Assembly: GCA_965205505.1 (NCBI GenBank)
Contig: CBDBHB010000007.1
Location: 64,001 to 128,000 of the forward strand
Source of the DNA: Acidobacteriota bacterium
GTDB taxonomy: Bacteria > Acidobacteriota > UBA890 > WLXD01
Direction: 5' to 3'
DNA: 64,000 nucleotides
Shown: one piece after another, positions 1-10,345 of the stretch
Numbering within the stretch: position 1 is the stretch's first letter
Layout: every line of letters starts with the position of its first letter
Program-made: the position numbers and the translations under genes
The notes under the pieces: model-generated
Seen by the model: only the letters and a program-made list of their open reading frames with translations
What the model was told of the DNA's origin: nothing
Database searches by the model: none

Positions 1-731
1 TCGTCCGCAGCGAAACCCAGAAAATCGACGCGGTCTTCGAGGCCCAGGTCGGTGACCAGCTCTTCGAGCCGCGCGTGGTCCGGCCCGCGTCCGGCGATGC
101 GCAAGCAAACCGGATTGCGCGTGCGGGCCAGGGCCTGGATCGCCAGATCCAGCCGCTTGATGCGATCGAGCCGTCCAACGTAGAACAAATAGTCACCGTA
201 CGCGCCGACCCTCAGTCTCTGGTGCAGGGGAGGCGGTGCGTAGAGCGGCGTCGCCTCGACGCCGCAATAAAGCTGTAGTCGGCTGGCGGTGTTCTGACTG
301 TTGGTGAACAGTGCCCTGGTTTCGGATAACGCCTCCATGTCGAGCTCGAACAAGGCATCGCGAAGCGCCACCTCGTCATCAGCCAATCGGAAGTTGCCGA
401 ATGGTGTCGGGTGCAGATCGTAGACTTCGCGCTGCTGGTGGAATATCCAGGCAACCTTGTTGCGGTGCCGAGCCAGATACGATGGATATTTCGTGGCGAT
501 CAGCAGGTCGACCTCGCCGGGAGCGGTTGCCTCGAAGTTAGCCAGCCGCCACGCCATCGCCTGCTCGAGCGACGAGACAGTTCCCGTCCAGGTGTACGGC
601 AGGGTTACCAGCTCCACCTCGTGGCCGGCCTCGGTGAGCGCCGCCACGGTGAGCTCGGCATGTAGCTCGGCGCCACCGCGAAGAAAGGGAACCTGCGGCG
701 CAGCGACGATGATGCGGTAACTTCGGCTCAA
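1..731 (-). CDS. Glycosyltransferase family 4 (3' end runs off the window)
   Basis: Not in the ORF track. Manual translation from TTG at 731 gives LSRSYRIIVAAPQVPFLRGGAELHAELTVAALTEAGHEVELVTLPYTW, a GT4-like N-terminus. The start overlaps the upstream TGA at 728-730. Confidence 0.85.
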   Translation of the reverse strand, partial: MSRSYRIIVAAPQVPFLRGGAELHAELTVAALTEAGHEVELVTLPYTWTGTVSSLEQAMAWRLANFEATAPGEVDLLIATKYPSYLARHRNKVAWIFHQQREVYDLHPTPFGNFRLADDEVALRDALFELDMEALSETRALFTNSQNTASRLQLYCGVEATPLYAPPPLHQRLRVGAYGDYLFYVGRLDRIKRLDLAIQALARTRNPVCLRIAGRGPDHARLEELVTDLGLEDRVDFLGFAAD

Positions 732-2290
732 GACGTCTGGCCGGTCGCGTCTACCCGCGAGGCGATGAGCGCATATTCCTGCGGCGCAGCATACATCTCG
801 TTCACCTGATCGATCCGCAGGTTGAGCTCCCGCACGACCGCCAGGCTGCTAGCGTGCTCGACGAACGGAGTCTCCTCCACTCTTGCTACCTGGGCCACTT
901 CTGGTACTTCAGCCTGGTACACGATGTCGACATCCGTAAGGCCACTCCGGTGCGCCATGAACGACAGCAGTTGCGGATGAACCGGGCGCGTATGAGTGGG
1001 ATCGAGTACGTAGGCGCGTACGAGCGCGAACAGGCTCTCGGGGTTGATCGTCTCGACCACCAACCGGCCGCCAGGGGCCAGGCGCGAAGCCGCCAGGTCG
1101 GTGAGCCGCGACCAGTCGGGGGGAGGAATGTGCTCGATCACCTGGGCGAGGAATATCCCGCCCAGCGACCTCTCCGGGCGCGCCGCCAGCCAGTCGAACA
1201 GATCAGCGCACTCCGCCTGCAAGCCGCGCTCCGCGCAACTTTCCACGTCAGCAGCGTTGAGTTCGACCCCGATAGCCTCGGTTCCGGCGGCCTCCAGCAA
1301 CTCGAGAAACTCGCCCCGCCCGCATCCCAGATCGGCAACCGGCCCCGGAACTCCTTCGAATCGCCCGACGTGCGCGCTCATGCGCCGGGTGATCTCCGCT
1401 TCGTCACCTCGGAAACGGAGCTGGAAGGCACGATAGTCCTCGTCGCGCATCCATTCACGCAACCGCCGCCAGAGCTCGCCATCGAGGTGCTGCGCGGCAC
1501 CGCCGCCCGCTGGCTGCGACTCTGACTTGGAAGCTGCCTGCACCTGCTCGAGTACCCGGGCCAGCTGCGTCCGCGTCTCGAGAAGCTCCGCCTCGGCGAT
1601 GTTCGAGGTGCGCGACTGCAACTGTTCGAGGACCTTGTCCTTTTCGTCGAAACGAGCGTCGATCGCCTGCGCCCGCTCTACGAAGCGGACCTCCAGGAAG
1701 TGCATGCGCTCGGCATGTTTGTCGTACAAATCGTCGAGGGCGCCGCGCAGCCCCCAGAGTTCTTCCTCCAGCGCGTCAAAGAGCACGCCCTGGCGATCAC
1801 GCAGCGCTTCGTCGTAATTGGACAGGGCCGCTTCCAGCCGCGCTTCCAGCTGGCGTGGGTCCCGTGCCAGATCGAAGAGCGAGTCGTGAATCGCGACCAG
1901 GCGCTGCTCGACAGCGGCGCCGAGCTCGTTGAGGTGCCGTACAACCTCGGCGTTGAACTTCTCCTGGCGTGCAAGATAGGGGTCCAAGATCGGTTGCACG
2001 AAGGGCCGCGCGAGCCGTCGCAGCAGGGTCAGCAGCGGCCCGATCACCGGTACCTTCGAACCCAGCTCCGTCGGATCCGTGATCACCGCCAGATCGTTTG
2101 CGGCTATCAGGTGATCCGAGTGCGTAATGCGGGGCTCGGTGACAGGCGGCGGTATGTCGGGGGCGACCAGCTCGAGCCGAGAGACTGGGGACATTCCGTC
2201 GGCGATACGAGGCGGAGGCGCCGCTTTCAGCTCGTCCCGGATCTGGTCGCGAACCCGCTCAAGTCGCCGTGCGATCTCGTTCTGGTCCAT
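728..2290 (-). CDS. Class I SAM-dependent methyltransferase with long N-terminal coiled coil (glycan-cluster type)
   Basis: VADLGCGRGEFL SAM motif I, QVIEH and ETINP/DPTH motifs. The N-terminal half is helical and E/L/R-rich. ATG at 2290. Confidence 0.85.
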   Translation of the reverse strand: MDQNEIARRLERVRDQIRDELKAAPPPRIADGMSPVSRLELVAPDIPPPVTEPRITHSDHLIAANDLAVITDPTELGSKVPVIGPLLTLLRRLARPFVQPILDPYLARQEKFNAEVVRHLNELGAAVEQRLVAIHDSLFDLARDPRQLEARLEAALSNYDEALRDRQGVLFDALEEELWGLRGALDDLYDKHAERMHFLEVRFVERAQAIDARFDEKDKVLEQLQSRTSNIAEAELLETRTQLARVLEQVQAASKSESQPAGGGAAQHLDGELWRRLREWMRDEDYRAFQLRFRGDEAEITRRMSAHVGRFEGVPGPVADLGCGRGEFLELLEAAGTEAIGVELNAADVESCAERGLQAECADLFDWLAARPERSLGGIFLAQVIEHIPPPDWSRLTDLAASRLAPGGRLVVETINPESLFALVRAYVLDPTHTRPVHPQLLSFMAHRSGLTDVDIVYQAEVPEVAQVARVEETPFVEHASSLAVVRELNLRIDQVNEMYAAPQEYALIASRVDATGQTS

Positions 2291-2332
2291 GGCGTGCCTC
2301 AAGCCGGAATCTCTGCCCGCGGCGGGTCAGAG

Positions 2333-3634
2333 CTACCGACCGACGGAAGTGTAGTCGAAGTCCAGCTCGCGCATCCTGGCCGGCTCGTAGACGTTTCTCA
2401 GGTCGACGACCACCGGGCTCCGCATACTGGCACGCAGCCGCCCGAGGTCGAGGTTGCGGAACTGGTTCCACTCTGTGGCAATCACCACAACATCGACTTC
2501 GGCGCACGCAGTGTATGCATCGTCGCAGTAGATGACGCGATCTCCGAGGGCAGCGCGGGCGTTGTTCATCGCGGCAGGGTCGAAGGCCTGGATGCTCGCG
2601 CCCTCTGCCAGCAGCCCCTCGGCTATTGCGATGGCCGGACTGTCGCGCGTGTCGTCGGTGTTGGGCTTGAAAGCGAGCCCGAGCAGCCCGACCCTGGTGC
2701 CGTCGAGAGCCCCTACCGCGGCGCGAATCTTGTCGATCATCAGCGTGCGCTGACGCGCGTTGGCCGCCAGCGCGGCGCGCCCCACCATGAAGTCGTAGCC
2801 GCCCTCCGCGGCCGTAGCGACCAGCGCGCTGACGTCCTTCGGAAAGCACGAACCGCCGAAGCCGGGGCCGGGATGAAGAAACTTGGACGAGATTCGGCCA
2901 TCCAGACCCATCGACCGGGCAACGACATGAACGTCGGCACCCAATCGCTCACACATGTTGGCGACCTCGTTGATGAAGGTGATCTTGACGGCCAGGAACG
3001 CATTGGATGCGTACTTGATCATCTCAGCTGTCGGCACCGACGTAACCACGATCGGCGTCTCGATCAGGTACAGCGGCCTATACAGAGCCTCCATCATCGC
3101 CGCGGCGCGCTGCGAGTCGACACCGATAACGATGCGATCCGGTCGCATGAAGTCCTCGACGGCGGACCCTTCGCGCAGGAACTCGGGGTTGCTGGCGACG
3201 TCGAAATCGGCATCGTCCCCAGCATGCTCGAGAATAAGCCGTCTGATGCGCTCACCGGTGCTAGGCGGCACCGTGCTCTTCGTAGCGATGACCTTGTAGC
3301 CGTTGAGGTGACGGCCAATGTCCGCAGCTACGGCGTCGATGTAGGTCAGATCAGTGCCGCCGTCGTCACGGGCCGGAGTGCCCACGGCGATGAAGACGAC
3401 ATCGGCATCGCGAATGGCGGCACCGATATCGGTGGTGAAGGCCAGGCGACCGGCCGCGACGTTCTGGACGATCTTCTCCCCCAAACCAGGCTCATAGAAC
3501 GGCACGCCACCGGCCGACAGCTGGGCGATCTTAGCTTCATCGATATCGCAGCAAGTAACGTCGATGCCAAAGTCCGCGAAACACGTGCCCGACACCAGGC
3601 CTACATACCCCGTGCCGATCATGGTGACCTTCAT
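2333..3634 (-). CDS. ugd: UDP-glucose/GDP-mannose 6-dehydrogenase
   Basis: MKVTMIGTGYVG Rossmann motif, SNPEFLREG, catalytic GFGGSCFPKD, GLAFKPNTDD. ATG at 3634. Confidence 0.95.
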   Translation of the reverse strand: MKVTMIGTGYVGLVSGTCFADFGIDVTCCDIDEAKIAQLSAGGVPFYEPGLGEKIVQNVAAGRLAFTTDIGAAIRDADVVFIAVGTPARDDGGTDLTYIDAVAADIGRHLNGYKVIATKSTVPPSTGERIRRLILEHAGDDADFDVASNPEFLREGSAVEDFMRPDRIVIGVDSQRAAAMMEALYRPLYLIETPIVVTSVPTAEMIKYASNAFLAVKITFINEVANMCERLGADVHVVARSMGLDGRISSKFLHPGPGFGGSCFPKDVSALVATAAEGGYDFMVGRAALAANARQRTLMIDKIRAAVGALDGTRVGLLGLAFKPNTDDTRDSPAIAIAEGLLAEGASIQAFDPAAMNNARAALGDRVIYCDDAYTACAEVDVVVIATEWNQFRNLDLGRLRASMRSPVVVDLRNVYEPARMRELDFDYTSVGR

Positions 3635-3866
3635 CAGGATCCTCGGCGCCTCGCGCCCTGAACATGCCCGCAGCAACGCCAGCGAGTGGCTAGCCGATTG
3701 CGTCAGAGCTCTCGTAGGTGGGGGTTGCCGCAGTGTGGACATCCGCCGAACTCACCCGGTCACGCGCGGTCGGAGCCGCTCGGCGGCAAGAGACAAAAGC
3801 TTGCGGGGCGAGCGTGGCAGGAGAAGCGAAAGGATATCGCAACATCCGAGCGCGTGACGCGCTGCC

Positions 3867-5135
3867 TCATGATTCGTCACCGGCGGCGAGCGCCTGTCCG
3901 ACCGCCGCAACGTAGCTGGCAGCCATTGCCTCGCGGGTGATGGTGCGCGCGGCCCACCGCTGCGCCTCCGCAGCCGCTCGGCGGCGCGCTATGGGATCCG
4001 CCAGCCATTCGATGAGCGCTGCCCGTAGCGACGCCTGCTCCTCGTCAGCCGTCCCGGTCGGAACACGTTGCACGGCATCGGCCGGAATACCGCGCAGATG
4101 GATGAGGTCGTGAATCACCGTGGGTGTGCCCGATTGCAGCAGTTGCTGCTGGGCGCCAGACGAGGCTCTGGCAGTCGGATAGCGAAGGTTGATCGCAATG
4201 TCGGTGGCACGCATCAGGGCACCGAAGTCGAGATCGCTGACCCGCCCGGTCCAGTGCATCCGGTGGCCGAGGCGGCGCGCCGCGGGCAGCCGAGCGAGCT
4301 CCGACTCGGCGGAGCCTACCGCCACGAAGACGAACTCGTGGTCGTCCGCGATGTCGGCTAGCACGTCGAGGATCATCGCAATTCGATGCTCGGACCCCAT
4401 GTGGCCGAAGGTCCCGATAAGCGGCCGCTCGCCATTCGCTCCGAGATCGGCTCTCCAGGTCGCGACCAGGTCGGTTGGGGGATCCGGCACGGGTAGCCAA
4501 TGCACAACCGAGTCGATCTGCACCTCGGGTAACTGGGCGCGCAACCAGCGGGCCAGCAGATCGCCGTGCACCACCGTGACAAGATTGGCCCGCACCAGGT
4601 CCTCACACATTGGAAAGTTCCAGTACAGAGCGGGCGTGCCGAACCCGCCGACAACCAAATGGCCGATTTCGTTGGCCACGTCGGGCCGGCCGCGTTGCAG
4701 CGCAGCCCGGTAGCCGTCGAGATCGTGGCTGCGCAGGTGGTGCGCCGCGCGCGACGGGTGAAGGACAACATCATGCAGCACCAACAGACCCGGCTTCTGC
4801 TGCATGATAGGCGTCACGTAGTGGTGTGCTTCGCTGTTTCCTATGTGATAGACGGCTAGGTCATACGGTCGCATCCTCTGCCGCCGCCACCACTGCTCAT
4901 GCGGCAGGACCCGCTGCCGACGTCCGACCCACCGGCCGGTGCGGAGACGCTCCTCGGCAAAGACATCGATCTGCCAACGAGCCGGGAGCACGTCCAGCAA
5001 GCCAGCGACATAGTCAGCGATGCCGGTCGGCGCCGGCGGCATCGGCGAGAACATGGCGAGGCGTAGCGGTCGCTCGGCGAGAGCCCCGCTCAGACCGGCG
5101 GTGGACGCCCGCACCGCCCCCGTTCCCCCGCTCAT
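3867..5135 (-). CDS. Glycosyltransferase family 4
   Basis: FSPMPPAPTGIADY, YHIGNS, VLHD and INLRYPT motifs. ATGA overlap with the uvrA stop. Confidence 0.85.
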   Translation of the reverse strand: MSGGTGAVRASTAGLSGALAERPLRLAMFSPMPPAPTGIADYVAGLLDVLPARWQIDVFAEERLRTGRWVGRRQRVLPHEQWWRRQRMRPYDLAVYHIGNSEAHHYVTPIMQQKPGLLVLHDVVLHPSRAAHHLRSHDLDGYRAALQRGRPDVANEIGHLVVGGFGTPALYWNFPMCEDLVRANLVTVVHGDLLARWLRAQLPEVQIDSVVHWLPVPDPPTDLVATWRADLGANGERPLIGTFGHMGSEHRIAMILDVLADIADDHEFVFVAVGSAESELARLPAARRLGHRMHWTGRVSDLDFGALMRATDIAINLRYPTARASSGAQQQLLQSGTPTVIHDLIHLRGIPADAVQRVPTGTADEEQASLRAALIEWLADPIARRRAAAEAQRWAARTITREAMAASYVAAVGQALAAGDES

Positions 5136-7987
5136 GTGGTTCCGACGGGAGCTCGTCGCAGGACGGGCGCAAGAAACCGACCGGTGGCCGAGGCGCCGAC
5201 CTGCGCGACCTCCCCCGGGGTGCCTGCAGCGACGATCCGGCCGCCGCCGTCACCACCCTCGGGTCCGAGGTCGACAATCCAATCAGCGTACTTAATCACC
5301 TCGAGATTGTGCTCCACCACGACGACGGTATTTCCCTGATCGACGAGCGCATCCAGCACCTGGAGCAGGCGCCGTACGTCCTCGAAATGAAGCCCGGTGG
5401 TGGGCTCGTCGAGGAGGTACAGCGTCGAGCCGGTGGCGCGACGCGACAGCTCCTTGGCGAGCTTCAGCCGCTGCGCCTCGCCGCCGGAAATCGTCGTGGC
5501 CGGCTGGCCGAGGTGCAGATACCCGAGACCGACCTCCTGGAGCGCCAAAAGTTTCTGGGCGATTGCGGGAACCGCACCGAATTGCTCCGCCGCCTGATCG
5601 ATGGTCATTTCCAGGACCTCGGCGATGTCGTGGCCGCGATACTTCACCTCCAGCGTTTCGTCGTTGTAGCGACGCCCCGAGCACTCGTCGCACAGCGTGT
5701 ACACGTCAGGCAGGAAGTGCATCTCGATCTTCTTCAGGCCGGCTCCGCGGCATCCCTCACAACGCCCCCCCGCTACATTGAACGAGTACCGCCCGGGACC
5801 GAAGTCTCGCACCTTGCTTTCTGGCAGCGAAGCGAACAGCTGTCGGATGGGAGTGAAGGCCCCCGAGTACGTGGCCGGGTTGGAGCGCGGCGTGCGGCCA
5901 ATAGGCTCCTGGGTGATATCGATGACCTTGTCGATGGCCTCGATACCGTCGATCCCGTCGTGCTGTCCGGGGCGCGCAGCGGCGCCGTTGAGATGCTGCG
6001 CCAGCGCCCGGTAGAGCGTCTCCTCGACCAGGCTGCTCTTGCCCGAGCCAGACACGCCCGCCACCACGACGAAGCAACCAAGAGGCAGCTGCACGTCGAT
6101 GCCCTGGAGGTTGCGATGACGAGCGCCACGAACGACAAGCCAAGTAGGGCCGCCCTCGGCACGCGGCAGTGGCTGACGACGACGCGCCGGAATCTCGATG
6201 CTGCGACGCCCCGACAGATAGGCGCCGGTCAGTGAATGCGGATGGTCAGCGACGTCCTCGGGTGGTCCCTGGGCTACGAGGTAGCCTCCGTGTTCGCCGG
6301 CTCCTGGTCCGAGATCAACGACCCAGTCGGCGGCACGGATGGTCTGTTCATCGTGCTCGACCACGACCACGGTGTTGCCGAGGTCGCGAATTGCCTCGAG
6401 AGCCTCGATCAGCCGGCGGTTGTCGCGCGCGTGCAATCCGATGCTCGGCTCGTCGAGGACGTACAGAACGCCTCGCAGGCGAGTGCCTATCTGTGTCGCG
6501 AGACGGATGCGCTGGCTCTCGCCACCGGCCAGGCTACGCGCTGGTCGGTCGAGGCTGATGTAGCCCAGGCCAACCTGGCGCAGAAATCCCAGACGCTCAC
6601 CCACCTCTTTCAGGATCGGCTCGGCGACGGGAGCTTGCCGCCTCTGCACCTTCATCTGGCCGATCGTGCTTTCGGCCTCCGCGATAGTCAGCGCAGAGAG
6701 CTCCGCTATCGACATGCCACCGATGCGCACCGACAAGCTCTCGGGCCGCAGACGGGTACCGGCACAAGCATCGCACGCGCCCTCGTGAAGATAGGGTTCC
6801 AGCCGCTTCAGAACACGGGTCGACTCGGCATTTTGGAGGGCGCGCTGCAGCCACGGCACGACCCCGCGAAAGCCACGCGCCAAGCTCTTGTCGAGATAGT
6901 CGCCCTTGAGACGGAACTTGATCGGCTTGCCATCGTCGGGTCCGTGCATCAAGAGATCACGGAAGCGTCGCGGCAAGGCATTCCAGCGCTTGCGAATGTC
7001 AACCTCCTCGACGCGTGCGAGAGCCCGCAGAAACGCTCGCGGGTAAGCGTCCCCCCGCCAGGGCGCGATGGCTTCGTCTAGCAGGCCGAGCTCGGCGTCC
7101 GGCACGATGCGGTCTGGGTCGAATCGCCGGTCCGTTCCCAGGCCATCGCACACAGAACATGCGCCGCGCGGGCTGTTGAAGGAAAAAGAGCGCGGCTCGA
7201 GGTCCGGGAGGCTGATCCCACAACGCGGGCAGGAGAGCTTGTTGGAAAAGAGGTGATCCCCCTCTCCGACTACGTTGATGATTACTACACCGTCACCAAA
7301 CTGCAGGGCTGTGTCGATGGCGGCGTGCAGCCGGTCGCGTACCTTGGGGCGCAGCACGAGGCGATCGACGACGACTTCGATGTCGTGCAGTTTGTTGCGG
7401 TCGAGCTTGATGGGCTCGCCACCGAGCTCGCGAACGCGTCCATCGATTCGTGCGCGCGCATATCCACTGGTAGCGAGACGCGCTAATTCGGCGCGATACT
7501 CGCCCTTTCGACCGCGAACGATCGGCCCCATGATCTGGAGCTTTGCCCCTTCGGGTAGAGCTAAGACCCGCTCAACGATCTGTCGGCCAGTTTGCGAAGC
7601 GACCGGACGATCGCAGCGCGGGCAGTGTGGTGTGCCAACGCGGGCGTACAGCAGGCGTAGAAAATCGTAGATCTCCGTAACGGTGCCGACTGTCGACCGC
7701 GGATTACGGCTCGTCGTTTTCTGGTCGATCGCGATCGACGGTGAAAGGCCTTCGACGAGGTCGACGTCGGGCCGCTCCATCTGTTCCAGGAACTGTCGGG
7801 CGTAGGCCGACAACGACTCCACATAGCGACGTTGACCCTCGGCGTACAAAGTGTCGAATGCCAACGATGACTTGCCTGATCCTGACGGCCCGGTGACCAC
7901 GATCAGGGCAAATCGCGGCAAGTCGAGATCGAGGTCCTTGAGATTATGCTGCCTCGCCCCCCGAACTTTAATGCGATCGATACTCAC
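5132..7987 (-). CDS. uvrA: Excinuclease ABC subunit A
   Basis: GARQHNLK, two Walker A motifs ([18 protein letters not shown]), zinc fingers, LDEPTTGLH; 951 aa. Confidence 0.98.
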   Translation of the reverse strand: MSIDRIKVRGARQHNLKDLDLDLPRFALIVVTGPSGSGKSSLAFDTLYAEGQRRYVESLSAYARQFLEQMERPDVDLVEGLSPSIAIDQKTTSRNPRSTVGTVTEIYDFLRLLYARVGTPHCPRCDRPVASQTGRQIVERVLALPEGAKLQIMGPIVRGRKGEYRAELARLATSGYARARIDGRVRELGGEPIKLDRNKLHDIEVVVDRLVLRPKVRDRLHAAIDTALQFGDGVVIINVVGEGDHLFSNKLSCPRCGISLPDLEPRSFSFNSPRGACSVCDGLGTDRRFDPDRIVPDAELGLLDEAIAPWRGDAYPRAFLRALARVEEVDIRKRWNALPRRFRDLLMHGPDDGKPIKFRLKGDYLDKSLARGFRGVVPWLQRALQNAESTRVLKRLEPYLHEGACDACAGTRLRPESLSVRIGGMSIAELSALTIAEAESTIGQMKVQRRQAPVAEPILKEVGERLGFLRQVGLGYISLDRPARSLAGGESQRIRLATQIGTRLRGVLYVLDEPSIGLHARDNRRLIEALEAIRDLGNTVVVVEHDEQTIRAADWVVDLGPGAGEHGGYLVAQGPPEDVADHPHSLTGAYLSGRRSIEIPARRRQPLPRAEGGPTWLVVRGARHRNLQGIDVQLPLGCFVVVAGVSGSGKSSLVEETLYRALAQHLNGAAARPGQHDGIDGIEAIDKVIDITQEPIGRTPRSNPATYSGAFTPIRQLFASLPESKVRDFGPGRYSFNVAGGRCEGCRGAGLKKIEMHFLPDVYTLCDECSGRRYNDETLEVKYRGHDIAEVLEMTIDQAAEQFGAVPAIAQKLLALQEVGLGYLHLGQPATTISGGEAQRLKLAKELSRRATGSTLYLLDEPTTGLHFEDVRRLLQVLDALVDQGNTVVVVEHNLEVIKYADWIVDLGPEGGDGGGRIVAAGTPGEVAQVGASATGRFLAPVLRRAPVGTT

Positions 7988-8167
7988 GAAGTTTTGGCCT
8001 TAACTATCGATATTGGTCGGTATTTACCCCGGACCTGCGACACTGCGACGCCTGGCGGCGGCGAAGGCTAAGATCGTCCAAAGCGTCGCCCGGCCCCACG
8101 TGCTGTCCGTGCCCCCGAGCCCAGGATTTCGACGGAAGCACAGCTGACCAAATCTAGCAAAGTCGCC

Positions 8168-9103
8168 ATGCGGTCGAAAGCGAGCAGCTCGACGGAAAAC
8201 AACATCGAGGCCGGGACCCTCTACGTCGTAGCCACGCCGATCGGCAATCTGGGAGACCTCACGCGGCGGGCGGAGCAGGTGCTCGGGGGCGTCGACGCGA
8301 TCTTGGCGGAGGACACTCGGCGTACCCGCCGGTTGCTATCGCACCTTGGCATTTCGGCGCGCCTCGAGGCCCACCACGAGCACAACGAGGCCCGTACCGT
8401 GCCCAGGTTGATCGAACGGTTGCGCGCTGGGGCGTCGCTCGCCCTGGTCAGCGACGCCGGAACGCCGGCAGTGGCGGATCCTGGCTACAGGCTCGTTCGC
8501 GCCGCGATCGACGCCGGCGCTGGGGTCGTGCCGGTGCCCGGCGCCAGCGCGGTTCTTGCGGCGCTCGTCGGATCGGGCCTGCCGACGGACCGATTTACCT
8601 TCGTCGGATACCCACCGCGCAAGGACGGTGCGCGCCGGCGATTTCTGCACGAGCTGTCGGCCACTGCAGGCACATTGGTGCTGCTGGAGTCGCCGCGCCG
8701 AATCGGGGCCACGTTGGTAGCAGCCGCAGAGATCCTGGGCGACCGGCAGGCAGCACTGGCCCGCGAGCTCACCAAGCTGCACGAAGAATTCCGACGCGGC
8801 AGCCTGGCCGAGCTCCTGGCGACGTTGGAACACGACGTTCGCGGAGAGATCACCCTGTGCATCGGGCCACCGGATGACAGGCCGGGGCCGGCGCCCGACG
8901 ACGACCAGCTACGGCGTAGCTACGCAGACAAGCTCGAGGCCGGCATCGAGCGCAGCCAGGCACTGCGGCAGCTGGCGGCGGAATCCGGCTTGCGTCGCCG
9001 TGATGTCTACGGCGCATTACACTTGCAGCCGCCCGAGGGCGTCGACGAGAAGGCCGCGCCCCCGACGACAACCGACGAACCCGACTCCGGAGCCACGGAA
9101 TGA
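8168..9103 (+). CDS. rsmI: 16S rRNA (cytidine1402-2'-O)-methyltransferase
   Basis: LYVVATPIGNLGD, AEDTR, LVSDAGTP, RELTKLHEE motifs. Confidence 0.96.
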   Translation: MRSKASSSTENNIEAGTLYVVATPIGNLGDLTRRAEQVLGGVDAILAEDTRRTRRLLSHLGISARLEAHHEHNEARTVPRLIERLRAGASLALVSDAGTPAVADPGYRLVRAAIDAGAGVVPVPGASAVLAALVGSGLPTDRFTFVGYPPRKDGARRRFLHELSATAGTLVLLESPRRIGATLVAAAEILGDRQAALARELTKLHEEFRRGSLAELLATLEHDVRGEITLCIGPPDDRPGPAPDDDQLRRSYADKLEAGIERSQALRQLAAESGLRRRDVYGALHLQPPEGVDEKAAPPTTTDEPDSGATE

Positions 9104-9531
9104 AACGCCTGCTGCCCGTCATTGCGATCGTGCTTGCTACCGCCGCCTGCAGCCCGCCATCCGGCGAGGAGCTCGTTCAGAAGGTCATGGAGCAGAGGAA
9201 CAAGTACGACGCCACGCCGCAGTCGTGGATTGTGCGCCCTGACAACACCATTTACATCGAGGTACTGGTGGTGAACAACAACCTCGAGGGGGGCCTACGA
9301 ACGCTCACGGTGCTGGTCGAGCAGCTCGACGCCGATGACAGCGTGCTCAAGAGCGAGCGCGTGCCAATGGACGTGGTGTCGCTGACTGCCGGTCTCGGCA
9401 AGAACCTCGGCGTCAGCGTCATGGCCGTGAGGCCCGATGTGGAGTACGTGCGTTTGCTCGTCGAGGCCGCTCCGGACGCCAATACGTGGCCGGACTTCCC
9501 CGAGTTCGGCGCCGTCCGTCCCCGCGACTGA
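9100..9531 (+). CDS. Hypothetical lipoprotein
   Basis: Signal peptide with lipobox (MKRLLPVIAIVLATAA-C). ATGA overlap with rsmI. Confidence 0.75.
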   Translation: MKRLLPVIAIVLATAACSPPSGEELVQKVMEQRNKYDATPQSWIVRPDNTIYIEVLVVNNNLEGGLRTLTVLVEQLDADDSVLKSERVPMDVVSLTAGLGKNLGVSVMAVRPDVEYVRLLVEAAPDANTWPDFPEFGAVRPRD

Positions 9532-9542
9532 GCGCAATCCGG

Positions 9543-9643
9543 CAGGCCGTGGTGGAAGTGTCGCCTGCCAGTGTTGTGAGCCAGGGATCCGCCTCGCTCG
9601 CGCTCGCCACAATAGGCAACGATCATCTGTTACAGGCCACTAG
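9543..9643. repeat. Chimeric short relative of the CTAG-bounded element family (B-type left arm, A-type right arm)
   Basis: 9543-9561 CAGGCCGTGGTGGAAGTGT is identical to 36883-36901. 9616-9636 GCAACGATCATCTGTTACAGG is identical to 21085-21105. Ends in CTAG at 9640-9643. Confidence 0.75.
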
Positions 9644-10305
9644 GAAGCGGGCGCGGTGAAGAGCTGTCGGTGGCCCTCCAGGATCCGCGCCTTCGCTTCG
9701 GCGTCTGGCTCCATCGTCTCCACGCCGCGTTCGTGGGTACCGCCAAGCAGAATGCCGTCGGAGCGCGGAAACATGTAGAGCTCGTCCTTGATGGCGATGT
9801 AGTCCACCTCCGGCTGTGGCAGGAGTACCGTGAGCTGCCCCTTCACGGGGAGCATCTCGACGTCGTCACCGTCCACCCACGTCGCTGCAGGACGCGAGCT
9901 GTCGCCAGGCCGACCGCTCCGCAGCCGATAACGGCGCACCGTCGCGTATCCGCGCCCGCAGCGATCTCCTCGGCTAGGAGCGCGGTGCCCCAGGAAAGCG
10001 TCACCCCACCGCCCCCGTGCCTATAGTTGTGCACCTACAAGCTTGCGATCGAATCGCTCCGCCTCGACGCGAAAGCCCGACGGCCTGAAGGGGCGAAGGC
10101 CAACGACGGTACGGATCTCGCGGCTCGGGTCGACGCGCACTGGAATGAACGTGCGGGCGCGCCCTGGTGCCCAAACGATGCTCCTACCACCGTCTAGCGC
10201 CCCCGGGGCGCTCGCGGCGATACGATCGCGCCGGGCGCAACCGAGGCCGAATCCGCCCGCGGCGGCCAGCCCGCCCAGGTTCCGCAGCAGCGTTCGCCGG
10301 TCCAT
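9640..10305 (-). pseudogene. Tat-exported, circularly permuted D-amino-acid oxidase-like FAD oxidoreductase; frameshifted and internally deleted
   Basis: Three fragments in different frames: MDRRTLL...GLRPFR; VHNYRHGGGGVTLSWG...AVIGCGAVGLATA; PVKGQL...YMFPRSDGILLGGT. Total is only about 220 codons. Confidence 0.8.
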
Positions 10306-10345
10306 GGGCTGCCATCATAGCGGCAACACTGCGACAACTGGACCT

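Noticed and set aside
1700-3661. 653-aa plus-strand ORF, and similar long antisense ORFs (4826-6235, 29997-31223, 32882-34219, 49600-50916)
   Set aside because: Shadow ORFs opposite well-supported genes, expected from high-GC codon bias. No recognisable motifs.
7988-8167. LexA box upstream of uvrA
   Set aside because: No recognisable SOS-box consensus seen.
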